Program-made: the position numbers and the translations under genes
Assembly: GCA_038046765.1 (NCBI GenBank)
Contig: JBBSVN010000003.1
Span: forward strand, 64,001 to 128,000
Length of the DNA stretch: 64,000 nt
Direction: 5' to 3'
Source of the DNA: Candidatus Micrarchaeota archaeon
GTDB lineage: Archaea > Micrarchaeota > Micrarchaeia > Anstonellales > Bilamarchaeaceae
The notes under the pieces: generated by a model
What the model was told of the DNA's origin: nothing
Databases searched by the model: none
What the model saw: the letters and a program-made list of their open reading frames with translations, nothing else
In this document: piece after piece, positions 39,112-47,310 of the stretch
How the letters are laid out: each line of letters starts with the position of its first letter
How positions within the stretch are numbered: the first letter of the stretch is position 1

Positions 39112-39127
39112 TTATAATATATTATAA
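39112..39127. promoter_or_regulatory. Palindromic operator candidate upstream of AbrB-VapC
   Basis: TTATAATATATTATAA between the TTTATATA box and the AGGTGA RBS. Confidence 0.45.
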
Positions 39128-39139
39128 TAAGGTGATACT

Positions 39140-39358
39140 GTGGCTGATGTTTTTCGTACTAAACTTAGAAAAATCGGAAGTTCCGTTGGTGTGTTAATTC
39201 CAAAGGAACAACTTCAAAATTTGGAAGTAGATGTGGGAGATGAAATAGATGTTGCTTTGCTAACGCATAAAAAACTTGCTGCAATCCAATCGGGTTTTGG
39301 TATGGCCAAACATTTTACCAAACCATTTGAAAGAGATAAAAAATCAAGGGAATTTTAA
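39140..39358 (+). CDS. AbrB/MazE-type antitoxin
   Basis: LRKIGSSVGVLIPKE...VGDEI. Confidence 0.85.
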   Translation: MADVFRTKLRKIGSSVGVLIPKEQLQNLEVDVGDEIDVALLTHKKLAAIQSGFGMAKHFTKPFERDKKSREF

Positions 39359-39744
39359 TGTTGCTTGATACTTCAGCCTGGATAGAATATTTTAAGGAGA
39401 CAGAATTAGGCTTAAAAGTAAAGAAATTTATAGAGGAAAAACCAGTAGTTTATACCTGCCCTATAACTTTGGCCGAAATATCTAACTGGGTTTATAAAAA
39501 TAACGAAGAACCATTTCCTTATATATTTAAAATAAAGGAAATTTCCAAGATAATTGAACTTGATGAGGACATGTTAGTTAACGCCGGTAAAATCTACTAC
39601 CAGGAACGAATACAAAAAAAGAATGAAAAAATTGGAATGATCGATTGTATTATTTATTCATGTGCAAACTTTCATGGACTAAAACTACTAACTAAGGATG
39701 GAGATTTTGGTGCATTATCTGATGTGGAATTACTTAAGGAATAG
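39358..39744 (+). CDS. vapC: PIN-domain toxin
   Basis: LLDTSAWIEY, TLAE, IDC, LLTKDGDF. Confidence 0.92.
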   Translation: MLLDTSAWIEYFKETELGLKVKKFIEEKPVVYTCPITLAEISNWVYKNNEEPFPYIFKIKEISKIIELDEDMLVNAGKIYYQERIQKKNEKIGMIDCIIYSCANFHGLKLLTKDGDFGALSDVELLKE

Positions 39745-39816
39745 TTAAAGTTGTTAGAAAAGGAAAGAAAAGATAGCTATTTAAATGTTGGATGCTGAAA
39801 GATAATCGGTGAAATT

Positions 39817-40575
39817 TTGTCCAAATTATTATCATTTCAAAGAATTACAAAACCCGTAGTAACAACTTTGCTTGCAGCATCTTTAGTTTTTGGTTGTAAA
39901 AAATCAGATCCCCCTTCTTCAATACATGAATTTTCATTAGCGTCTTGTCCTATGCCAGTTCTTAAATACCCAAGAACGGGAAGCTGGATGGATAGACAAA
40001 GGTGATTTGAAAATCATGTGTTTCTAAGAATAAGAGATGAGTCGCAAGAAAGTGAATTAAGATATGAAGAAAATAGACAACGCATAAAAATAAGAGACAG
40101 TCTACATGACGAAATTCAAAAGGAACACGATCCGCAAAAAAGAGCAATTTTATTGGACTATCTTATTTCCAATGGTACGGTTTCCACTCGATCTCGACAT
40201 AGTTATGATCTTGAAGCGATGGAAATATTGCGTGCCCATCTACATTCTAAGATGCCTGAAGAAGCAAACCGAGCAGTGCAATTACTTTTGTGTGTTTTGT
40301 CGATAAGTCCTTTATATGCTGGTCCTTATGGTAACGATCTGGAAACAAAACAATCGGAAGATTTGACACGTCGTACTGCAAGACGTATGTTAACTGAAGC
40401 ACTAGATAATGAAATAGTCACTCCATGTCTTAAAGCTGAAATAGTATCTGCTACAAATGTCCAATTGGATGAAAAAAATAATGCAAATCCGCCTAAATCT
40501 AAAGAATGGGACAAACGACACAGAATTTTAGACCCTTATTACTATATGCCTCCATGTTGTGAAATGTATTTGTGA
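39817..40575 (+). pseudogene. Lipoprotein-like reading frame interrupted by one in-frame TGA (40003-40005), or two adjacent genes
   Basis: Track ORFs 39817-40005 and 40018-40575 share a frame: ...DRQR*FENHVFLR... Confidence 0.5.
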
Positions 40576-40784
40576 AGTATATTAAAAACCGTTTCACAGT
40601 AAACCATTTTCCTTTTTCAAAACTGTAACAGTAAACCAAACACGCATCGAAAAAAGCGTTTTTAGCATATTGGTTTACTACAACAATGTTTAGCGAACAT
40701 ACTCGAACAGGAAAGCAAGCTTAAACGGGTAAAAGATAGCGAAAGATTGGATTTGATATGGTTTTGACCATAACTGGTGTACTG

Positions 40785-41558
40785 CTATGAGGTTAAGACG
40801 GAAGAGGGTTTACTTAGACAATGTTTTACAGCAATAACATTTAGAAGTAAAAATATCATATTAAGTTCACTTTCGATTATTTCAATATCATGAATTTGAT
40901 TTTCTTCTATGCCTGTATAAATGAAATTTCGATCAGAAGTGGAATGTATATTTATTCTTTTCTGATGATGAACGATATCTTCTCTGATTCTTAATTCTCC
41001 TTGCTCTTTTTCTAATTTTTCTATATTTCCGTAACCTGTTTCAAGAATTTTTTTAATCCTACCTAGGTGGCTTTTATCCAGATACTTAACCCAATTTTTA
41101 TCCCAATTTTTAAGAAGATGATTCATACTATATGGGTATTTCCAATTCTTAGAATTTTCATACCCCTCTTTGACAGATAATTCTTTTAAAACTCCAACTA
41201 GGTCATCGTAACAGATCTTTAAGTAAATAAATATCGTTTCTATATTTGTTGTTAAATGATTTAATGCATAAACTGCGGAAGGAAAATCTTCTTCTTTGTC
41301 ATAAATATTAAAACTTGCTTTATTTTCTAGCATTAGTCTATAATAATACAATATAGAAATAATACAGTGATTAACATGATCAAAGTTTTTAACTTTGTTC
41401 GAATAATATGCCAAGGATATATCAGTTAATTGAGCATTTAGTGAATCATATTTTTTTGCATCTTCTAAGTTCGGGATCATCGTTTTTGCTTTGTCAAGAT
41501 ATTTTTTTCGCATAGTTTTTGTTTCTTTATCCTCAAAAAATTCACTTATAATATCCAT
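40785..41558 (-). CDS. Helical hypothetical protein with HEPN-like Rx4H motif
   Basis: REDIVH near the C-terminus; upstream ETIFIYLK..YD helix. Confidence 0.55.
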   Translation of the reverse strand: MDIISEFFEDKETKTMRKKYLDKAKTMIPNLEDAKKYDSLNAQLTDISLAYYSNKVKNFDHVNHCIISILYYYRLMLENKASFNIYDKEEDFPSAVYALNHLTTNIETIFIYLKICYDDLVGVLKELSVKEGYENSKNWKYPYSMNHLLKNWDKNWVKYLDKSHLGRIKKILETGYGNIEKLEKEQGELRIREDIVHHQKRINIHSTSDRNFIYTGIEENQIHDIEIIESELNMIFLLLNVIAVKHCLSKPSSVLTS

Positions 41559-41600
41559 TTAAATCATCATCTTTCTAAATTTTTCTTATCTTTTCTAACA

Positions 41601-42209
41601 TTATCTTATATTCAATAATCTCATTATCCCTGTTGATGCAACGCATAAAACAAATAGCATAATCATTATAATAATTAAAGGCTTTGTAGACCTCCAGAAA
41701 GATTCAAACTTGGATATTTTCTTAACTTCTGCCTTAACTGTGTTTTGCTCTAAGAGTTCCGCAAATTTTTCATATTCTTTTTTATCCATACTATTAAATC
41801 TTAAATCAGATTTTTCTCTCTCATAAAAGATTGTTAAAATATACGTAGTACCCATTTTACTGTACTCGAACCATTTCTCAATCTTTGTAATTTTTGAATA
41901 TCCAATAAATTCTTTATCTTCAACAGAATCTTTAAAAGCCAGAGGAAAGGTGTATTTTATGAAAAATCGCCTAACAATTATACCTTTTTCGGTCAGTTCG
42001 TATTGCCTCATTCCACTTCTAAAACCCATATCAAAGATCAGATAAATGAAAAACAGCGTACCTAAAATAGCTAAGATAGGATTGCCTTTAAAAAATGCAA
42101 TGAATAGAAAACCTCCAATCAAAGTAAATATTCCTAAAAATAGGGCGAGTGTATTGAAGCTGGGTGTTGGGTTTATTTTCGGATATGTATAATTTGTTTC
42201 GTCCGTCAT
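41601..42209 (-). CDS. Membrane protein (2 TM, PH-like domain, TM)
   Basis: Hydropathy plus YELTEKGIIVRR...YSKITKIE. Likely start ATG 42209. Confidence 0.65.
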   Translation of the reverse strand: MTDETNYTYPKINPTPSFNTLALFLGIFTLIGGFLFIAFFKGNPILAILGTLFFIYLIFDMGFRSGMRQYELTEKGIIVRRFFIKYTFPLAFKDSVEDKEFIGYSKITKIEKWFEYSKMGTTYILTIFYEREKSDLRFNSMDKKEYEKFAELLEQNTVKAEVKKISKFESFWRSTKPLIIIMIMLFVLCVASTGIMRLLNIR

Positions 42210-42280
42210 CCTTCCCGCCCGCACATAAACTCGATTTCGTTTAATCTTAAATCTTTTTTAGTAATTCTAAAACTTATTTA
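42197..42280 (-). repeat. Promoter/RBS/start cassette repeat, copy 1
   Basis: TTCCCGCCC...CTCGATTTCGTTTAATCTT...TTCTAAAACTTA. Confidence 0.85.
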
Positions 42281-42349
42281 ATCAGCTCAAATTGGAGATT
42301 TTAAATAAAGTTCTCCTGTATTATCACTGCTTAAAACATTTAAAGAATC

Positions 42350-42790
42350 TTAGTATTCTTCAGAGGACCTTTTTAAATTTCTGATCGCAATCACTGTAAA
42401 AAATACACCTAAAAAGGTTATAAATCCAGAGATTTGAGGTGTTATTCTTGTCAATTCTGCTTTAAGAATTGTTATGACAATCATTACAAATATAAATACA
42501 GGTATGCAAATTATAAAATCTAGGATAAAATTCAATGTCGAAATTGCAAAATTCTTAAGAAAAATCATTCGAGTTAGGGCAAATAGAAACGCAACTATCA
42601 AAACCAACGGAATTGCAAGGAAAAAATTCATGTAATATTCTAGAAAAAGTTTTTCAAAATTTAAATACTTTGAAAGTAGATATAGTGGAGAAGGAAAAAA
42701 CAGGGAGAATAAGAAGAACAGACCCACTAATAATTGAACATAATCTAATAACCCCAAAATTATTTCTTGTAGATCTTCCATTTCTTTCAC
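42350..42790 (-). CDS. 4-TM membrane protein
   Basis: Hydropathy pattern. Confidence 0.65.
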   Translation of the reverse strand: MKEMEDLQEIILGLLDYVQLLVGLFFLFSLFFPSPLYLLSKYLNFEKLFLEYYMNFFLAIPLVLIVAFLFALTRMIFLKNFAISTLNFILDFIICIPVFIFVMIVITILKAELTRITPQISGFITFLGVFFTVIAIRNLKRSSEEY

Positions 42791-42829
42791 ATGTTATTGC
42801 ATATTTACATTATTTTTTCTAAAACTTAT

Positions 42830-43060
42830 TTATATCTTCTTAAGTAATTCAAAATATTCTTCTCTTGAAATTCCAACTTCTCTAAGTATTACAAGAATTA
42901 AACCAACACCAACATCTTTCGAACGTATCGGCACAATCGTAATCTTCTTAGTTTGCGCATTTTCAAGTATCGCATGGGATCCTTTATGTCTAACTTCAAG
43001 GTACCCCAATAGATTTAGTAATTTAATTAACTTTTTTCCAGGAATAGGAGTTAATCTCAT
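42830..43060 (-). CDS. hicA: HicA toxin
   Basis: RHKGSHA...IVP...ILREVGISREEY; ATGA overlap with hicB. Confidence 0.9.
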   Translation of the reverse strand: MRLTPIPGKKLIKLLNLLGYLEVRHKGSHAILENAQTKKITIVPIRSKDVGVGLILVILREVGISREEYFELLKKI

Positions 43061-43299
43061 GAAATCGACGCTACAGGCACAGCGACTTTTCTAACTTCGA
43101 TAAATTTCATTGGGTTTTCTACTTTTGATTGTGTGTATTCCAAGTACAAATCCATTGCTTCTTTAATATTTTCAACTACTTCGTTTATTGTATCGCCTTC
43201 GGTATGACAGCCAGGTAATTCTGGAACATATGCAACATAAACTTTATTCTCGTCTTGTTCGATTACGACTTCGTATTCTTTTATTTTTGATTTTTGCAT
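43057..43299 (-). CDS. hicB: HicB antitoxin
   Basis: VPELPGCHTEGDT...NIKEAMDLY. AGGTG RBS before ATG 43299. Confidence 0.92.
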   Translation of the reverse strand: MQKSKIKEYEVVIEQDENKVYVAYVPELPGCHTEGDTINEVVENIKEAMDLYLEYTQSKVENPMKFIEVRKVAVPVASIS

Positions 43300-43348
43300 A
43301 TTTGACACCTTAAAACATATGATTTTTATTCTATTTAATTATTTGTTT

Positions 43349-43420
43349 TTTCGTCCGTCATCATTCCCGCCCGCATAAACTCGATTTCGTTTAATCTTGA
43401 ATATTTTTATAAATTCTAAA
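43349..43420 (-). repeat. Cassette repeat, copy 2, followed by a 9-codon stub
   Basis: Same core; opens MMTDEKTNN* (43335-43364). Confidence 0.85.
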
Positions 43421-43436
43421 TCTTTCTTAGTTCTCA

Positions 43437-43565
43437 CTACTTATAAGCTAACTCCTTAAGCGTTTGTTTCTTAGCATTAATAATCTCAAGGATTAAATCG
43501 TCAACAGACTTTCCATCTATGCTTTTGACAACCTTGATTTTCTCATTTTTCTCGTTGTTCATCAT
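43437..43565 (-). CDS. Small protein (42 aa), possibly antitoxin-like remnant
   Basis: Not in track: MMNNEKMRKIKVVKSIDGKSVDDLILEIINAKKQTLKELAYK, opened by cassette copy 3. Confidence 0.5.
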   Translation of the reverse strand: MMNNEKNEKIKVVKSIDGKSVDDLILEIINAKKQTLKELAYK

Positions 43566-43630
43566 TCCCGCCCACATAATCTCGATTTCGTTTAATCTTA
43601 AATATTTTTATCTTTTCTAAAACTTACTTA
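43558..43630 (-). repeat. Cassette repeat, copy 3
   Basis: Same core sequence. Confidence 0.85.
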
Positions 43631-43791
43631 GACGTTAATACTTGTGATCGTACTTTTTCGCAACTATGGTCCAAACAAGACTTATACAACAAAATAACCT
43701 GACGAATAGCTTCCGGTCTATTTGTTGCACAACCTGTCTTGATCATTCCATCTAAGATATCCAAAACATCGTCTTGTAGTTTAATTTTCAT
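43624..43791 (-). CDS. Ribbon-helix-helix (CopG-like) protein (55 aa)
   Basis: Not in track. ATGA overlap with vapC; MKIKLQDDVLDILDGMIKTGCATNRPEAIRQVI... Confidence 0.65.
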   Translation of the reverse strand: MKIKLQDDVLDILDGMIKTGCATNRPEAIRQVILLYKSCLDHSCEKVRSQVLTSK

Positions 43792-44186
43792 TTTAACAAC
43801 TCGTTTTTATATTTTATTGCCTTTAGAATATTTTCATCATAACAAGCAACAGGCATTTGCAAAAATTTAGCTAAGAAAACTATTGAGGCGTCAATATAAC
43901 TAAGCTTAAACTGTTGATTCTTAAACTCCTTGAGAGTAGATAAACGATCTTCAAGTTCCCAGTGTTGGACAAAAAAATTCTCTTCGGCATATTCTAAAAA
44001 TGTCTTTGCAGCATTTAACCCATTATAGTACAGTAGAACAGTAGCAGTTTCGCCTAATATATGCTCAGTAATCATGAGGTCAATCTTTTTTTCTTCATAC
44101 TCTTTCATATCTTTTATTGCTTTGTCATGTTGGGAGTCTTTTTCATGAAAAAATGCAACTAAAAATGAGCTATCTGCTAAAATCAT
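43788..44186 (-). CDS. vapC: PIN-domain toxin
   Basis: ILADSSFLVA, ILGE, LSYIDAS, YD. Confidence 0.9.
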   Translation of the reverse strand: MILADSSFLVAFFHEKDSQHDKAIKDMKEYEEKKIDLMITEHILGETATVLLYYNGLNAAKTFLEYAEENFFVQHWELEDRLSTLKEFKNQQFKLSYIDASIVFLAKFLQMPVACYDENILKAIKYKNELLK

Positions 44187-44187
44187 T

Positions 44188-44454
44188 TTAATCACGTTTA
44201 CCATATAACACATTATCAATATTCTTGCTTAGGTTAGGATCATTAGATTTGAATGCGATTTTATTATACACAGTAAAAATACTTTTCTTACGCTTTTTAA
44301 GACCATGTTTTTGTTGTTCTCTAATGTGAACTTTTACTAAAAAAACAATGTCGGTAAGTGCTTCTCCAATGCTTTTACTATTTTCATGAGCATAATCATA
44401 AATAAATTGTTTAGTTCTTTCATCAACATTTCTTACAGCAAATATATCAGACAT
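44188..44454 (-). CDS. Antitoxin (RHH-like N-terminus) paired with vapC
   Basis: FAVRNVDE...SIGEAL; C-terminal SKNIDNVLYG typical of VapB-like antitoxins. Confidence 0.75.
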   Translation of the reverse strand: MSDIFAVRNVDERTKQFIYDYAHENSKSIGEALTDIVFLVKVHIREQQKHGLKKRKKSIFTVYNKIAFKSNDPNLSKNIDNVLYGKRD

Positions 44455-44463
44455 ATTAACACC

Positions 44464-44516
44464 TGTTTAACATGTGTAACAAACAGTTTATAAAGCTTGT
44501 TAAACTTGTTTAACAA
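44464..44516. promoter_or_regulatory. Operator repeats flanking the TATA box of the second vapBC operon
   Basis: TGTTTAACA, TGTGTAACA, TTTATAAA, then perfect inverted repeat TTGTTAAAC-TT-GTTTAACAA (44497-44516). Confidence 0.65.
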
Positions 44517-44580
44517 ATTCTTTTAATTTTCTCAAATTATTTTAGTATTTATAAGTATTATCTAGATTTATTCTAACGAT

Positions 44581-44754
44581 TCATTTTATGTATTCGAAGT
44601 ACAAATCCATTGCTTCTTTGATATTTTCAATTACTTCGTTTATCGTATCTCCTTCAGTATGGCAACCAGGTAATTCTGGGACATATGCAACATAAACTTT
44701 GTTCTCGTCCTGTTCGATTACAATTTCGTATTCTTTTATTCTTGATTTTTGCAT
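44581..44754 (-). CDS. hicB: Orphan, shortened HicB, near-identical to 43057-43299
   Basis: MQKSRIKEYEIVIEQDENKVYVAYVPELPGCHTEGDT...; no hicA downstream. Confidence 0.8.
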   Translation of the reverse strand: MQKSRIKEYEIVIEQDENKVYVAYVPELPGCHTEGDTINEVIENIKEAMDLYFEYIK

Positions 44755-44924
44755 ATTTGACACCGTATTAATTTCAAATATTCCCTCCAAACATCGTCTT
44801 TTTTTTTGTTACTCCAAATATCTAAGTTAGCATATACACTAAGTTTTCTAATATCTACTTCCTCTTTATCGATAGATTGCATTTTTTCTACACCAAGTAT
44901 CATTCATAAATCTCACGTCTGTTT

Positions 44925-45512
44925 TTATATACTTATATTTGAACTTTTCTTTTTTTTAAGCCATGTCGTTAGATTTCCCCAACTTATTTTCTTGTCTTTT
45001 ACAAGTTCTAGGATCAACTTAGTCTTAGTCAATTTCTTTATTTTGGCTTTGTACCTAATGCCTTTCTTATCAGTAATTCTAAACTTTGGATTTTCCTTAA
45101 GATCGACAAAAACAGTTGATCTAGTTTTCTTTCGAGTAGCAAACCATTTCTTCAATTGTTCTGCACTTTTCTCCCTTTCTAGTTGAAGTTCTTTGTATTT
45201 TTTAGGTCCAAGTCGGCGCTTTTCTTCTAATTCTCTTTCTTGTTCGATAATTTCTTCCTTAACGGGTTTTCCTACTCCAATAAATCTGCAGTTCTTTATC
45301 TTTACGTCGCAATAAAATCTCTTTGTAGTAATAGTACAAGAATCATAAATAGCATTTTTCATGCGTCCATTCTCAATTGGACAATAAATTAAGCGATCTC
45401 CGACTTTGTATGTGTTCAGTGTACAATCAAACGATTTGCTTTGAAATTCCGACAATTCTTCTTTACAGTAAGGACACTTGACTTTAACTATGAACGTATC
45501 AAAAAGACCCAT
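44925..45512 (-). CDS. Hypothetical CxxC protein (MGLFD start), paralogue of 38109-38654
   Basis: Shared motifs along the whole length. Confidence 0.8.
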   Translation of the reverse strand: MGLFDTFIVKVKCPYCKEELSEFQSKSFDCTLNTYKVGDRLIYCPIENGRMKNAIYDSCTITTKRFYCDVKIKNCRFIGVGKPVKEEIIEQERELEEKRRLGPKKYKELQLEREKSAEQLKKWFATRKKTRSTVFVDLKENPKFRITDKKGIRYKAKIKKLTKTKLILELVKDKKISWGNLTTWLKKKKSSNISI

Positions 45513-45579
45513 GCTTTAATCTAGAGCTAGAAGAATTATATTTGTATGTAAAGTAGAATTTTTATTTAATTTTCTTCTT

Positions 45580-45752
45580 TTACTTTAGCTTAATCTTAAC
45601 ATCTCCAAGAATACTTGCCTGACAAAGTAAACGTTCATTTGAATGATTAGAATTATTAGTTACATGTTGACCAAAATAACGCATTTCGTTTGGTGTTTTT
45701 CTAGTTAAATTTTCCATCTTTATTTTGTTGTACCATGATAGCCGTATTTAAG
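45580..45752 (-). pseudogene. Degraded 2Fe-2S ferredoxin remnant
   Basis: MENLTRKTPNE...ERLLCQASILGDVKI (45580-45717) matches the ferredoxin C-terminal RLxCQ motif; the upstream Cys cluster is lost or out of frame. Confidence 0.55.
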
Positions 45753-45846
45753 TTGCATAAATCCACAGAAATAATTATGTAAAATGTAAATTATAAACAA
45801 ATGTCACTTAATGGCAGTTTATTAAATAAATGTGAGATATATTTTC

Positions 45847-46737
45847 ATGCAAGAAAAAGAATTCTTCGACTGGCTATCAACTTACACCGATGCAGAAAAA
45901 TGCCTAAGCAGCTTTTATAATCAAAAGCAGTTCTTTAGGGTAAATACAATTAAAATGAGCACTGAAAAATTTCAGGAAACTACTAACTTAAAATGTGAAA
46001 AAACAAAATATTACGAAGCCGCATTCGAACTAAAAGAAGAAGCGAGCTACCAACTTGGCAAAACTTGGGAATATTTTCTAGGATATATTTATCCTCAAAG
46101 CATGCCATCCATATTGGATTCGTTAGCTCTAAATCCTAAACCAGAAGATATTGTACTAGATGTTTGTGCATCGCCCGGTTCTAAATTCTCGCATATGGCA
46201 ATGTTAATGGAAAATAAAGGTGTTTTAGTTGGAAACGAACTTAAAAAAGAAAAGATCTCAACTTTATATTCAACTATAAATCGTTTAAACATCTTAAATT
46301 GCATTACAACTATAAGAGATGGTACAAACTTGAACTGGAGGGAAAGATTTACTAAAGTGCTTTTAGATGCTCCTTGTACTGCATTAGGCAGTGGAGACGG
46401 TGCATCAAAACGCTGGGAGATAGAAAACTCACAAAGAATATCTGTTTTACAGAAAAAAATGATTTTTAGTGCTTATGATTCATTAAAAGCAGGTGGAGAA
46501 TTAGTTTATTCAACTTGTACTTATGCAAAAGAAGAGAACGAAGAGGTTGTAAAAAACTTATTAGAAAATGTAACAAATGCTAAACTTGAAACCATTAAAT
46601 TTGACGATGACGCGAATATTCCTCATGAAAATGGATTAAGCGAGTATGGAGATGAATTTAAAAAATGCATTCGGATTTATCCGCAACATTTAGAAAGCGA
46701 GGGATTTTTCATTGCTAAGATAAAGAAAGGGGAGTAG
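45847..46737 (+). CDS. RsmB/NOP2/Sun family RNA m5C methyltransferase
   Basis: LDVCASPGSK, LLDAPC, VYSTCT...EENE, EGFFIA. Confidence 0.95.
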   Translation: MQEKEFFDWLSTYTDAEKCLSSFYNQKQFFRVNTIKMSTEKFQETTNLKCEKTKYYEAAFELKEEASYQLGKTWEYFLGYIYPQSMPSILDSLALNPKPEDIVLDVCASPGSKFSHMAMLMENKGVLVGNELKKEKISTLYSTINRLNILNCITTIRDGTNLNWRERFTKVLLDAPCTALGSGDGASKRWEIENSQRISVLQKKMIFSAYDSLKAGGELVYSTCTYAKEENEEVVKNLLENVTNAKLETIKFDDDANIPHENGLSEYGDEFKKCIRIYPQHLESEGFFIAKIKKGE

Positions 46738-46793
46738 AATAATTTGAAATTGCACGTTTATATGGGTGAAGAGTAAATTGTTGGTTGATATTT

Positions 46794-47228
46794 ATGGGAA
46801 TTGGATACAAAGAAAAAAACTTTAAAAGATATTTGGAAAATCATTTCGAAATATTCTTACCTCCTGGCGTGCAGATATTTTATACGCGAGGAGTAAGGGT
46901 AGGCAATAAAGATATAGATAAAAGTAAAATCGATGGAGAACTAGGATACGCTGCTTGTGATTTTGGATTTAACCCAACAAATGCAATAGTTCAGAACTTT
47001 GGATACATTGCAAAGAAAAATGTAAAAGAACTTGATGAAAAACAAGCTAAGGAATTTGCTTCTGGAAAATCAATACCGTGCAATCTAGGAAAAAGTAAGA
47101 GTAAACAATTAATAATGAAGTATAAAACACATATAATTGGTTTAGGATTTTATGATAAGGATAAGAAGAGAATAGTTAATAAAATCCCTGAAAAAAGAAG
47201 AAGGGAAATTATTAACCAAATTAATTAA
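46794..47228 (+). CDS. PUA-like partner of the m5C methyltransferase (RsmF C-terminal/NIP7-like)
   Basis: Adjacent to the methyltransferase; PT..VQ.FG...KNV.EL...A..F..G...IGLG pattern. Confidence 0.55.
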   Translation: MGIGYKEKNFKRYLENHFEIFLPPGVQIFYTRGVRVGNKDIDKSKIDGELGYAACDFGFNPTNAIVQNFGYIAKKNVKELDEKQAKEFASGKSIPCNLGKSKSKQLIMKYKTHIIGLGFYDKDKKRIVNKIPEKRRREIINQIN

Positions 47229-47235
47229 TGACGAT

Positions 47236-47310
47236 TTATTTTTTAGATTTTTTCTTTGATGCTGGCTTTGCTTTTGATTTTACTTTTGCTTTAACTTTTT
47301 TCATTGCCAT
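47236..47310 (-). CDS. 24-aa lysine-rich peptide
   Basis: Not in track. GGTGA RBS and upstream TTTATAAA; MAMKKVKAKVKSKAKPASKKKSKK. Confidence 0.6.
   Translation of the reverse strand: MAMKKVKAKVKSKAKPASKKKSKK

Larger units (their letters stand above)
38109..45512. mobile_element. Toxin-antitoxin-rich accessory island (possible cassette array); no recombinase in window
   Basis: Two VapBC pairs, HicBA, extra HicB, RHH, HEPN-like gene, internal repeats, inward-facing paralogues at both ends. Confidence 0.5.

Noticed and set aside
42197..43630. CRISPR array or canonical integron attC sites
   Set aside because: Spacing is irregular and gene-sized; no RYYYAAC...GTTRRRY hairpins; no IntI in the window.
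32692..43791. Genome-wide UGA reassignment
   Set aside because: TGA acts as a normal stop in ATGA-coupled pairs (32692, 43057, 43788).
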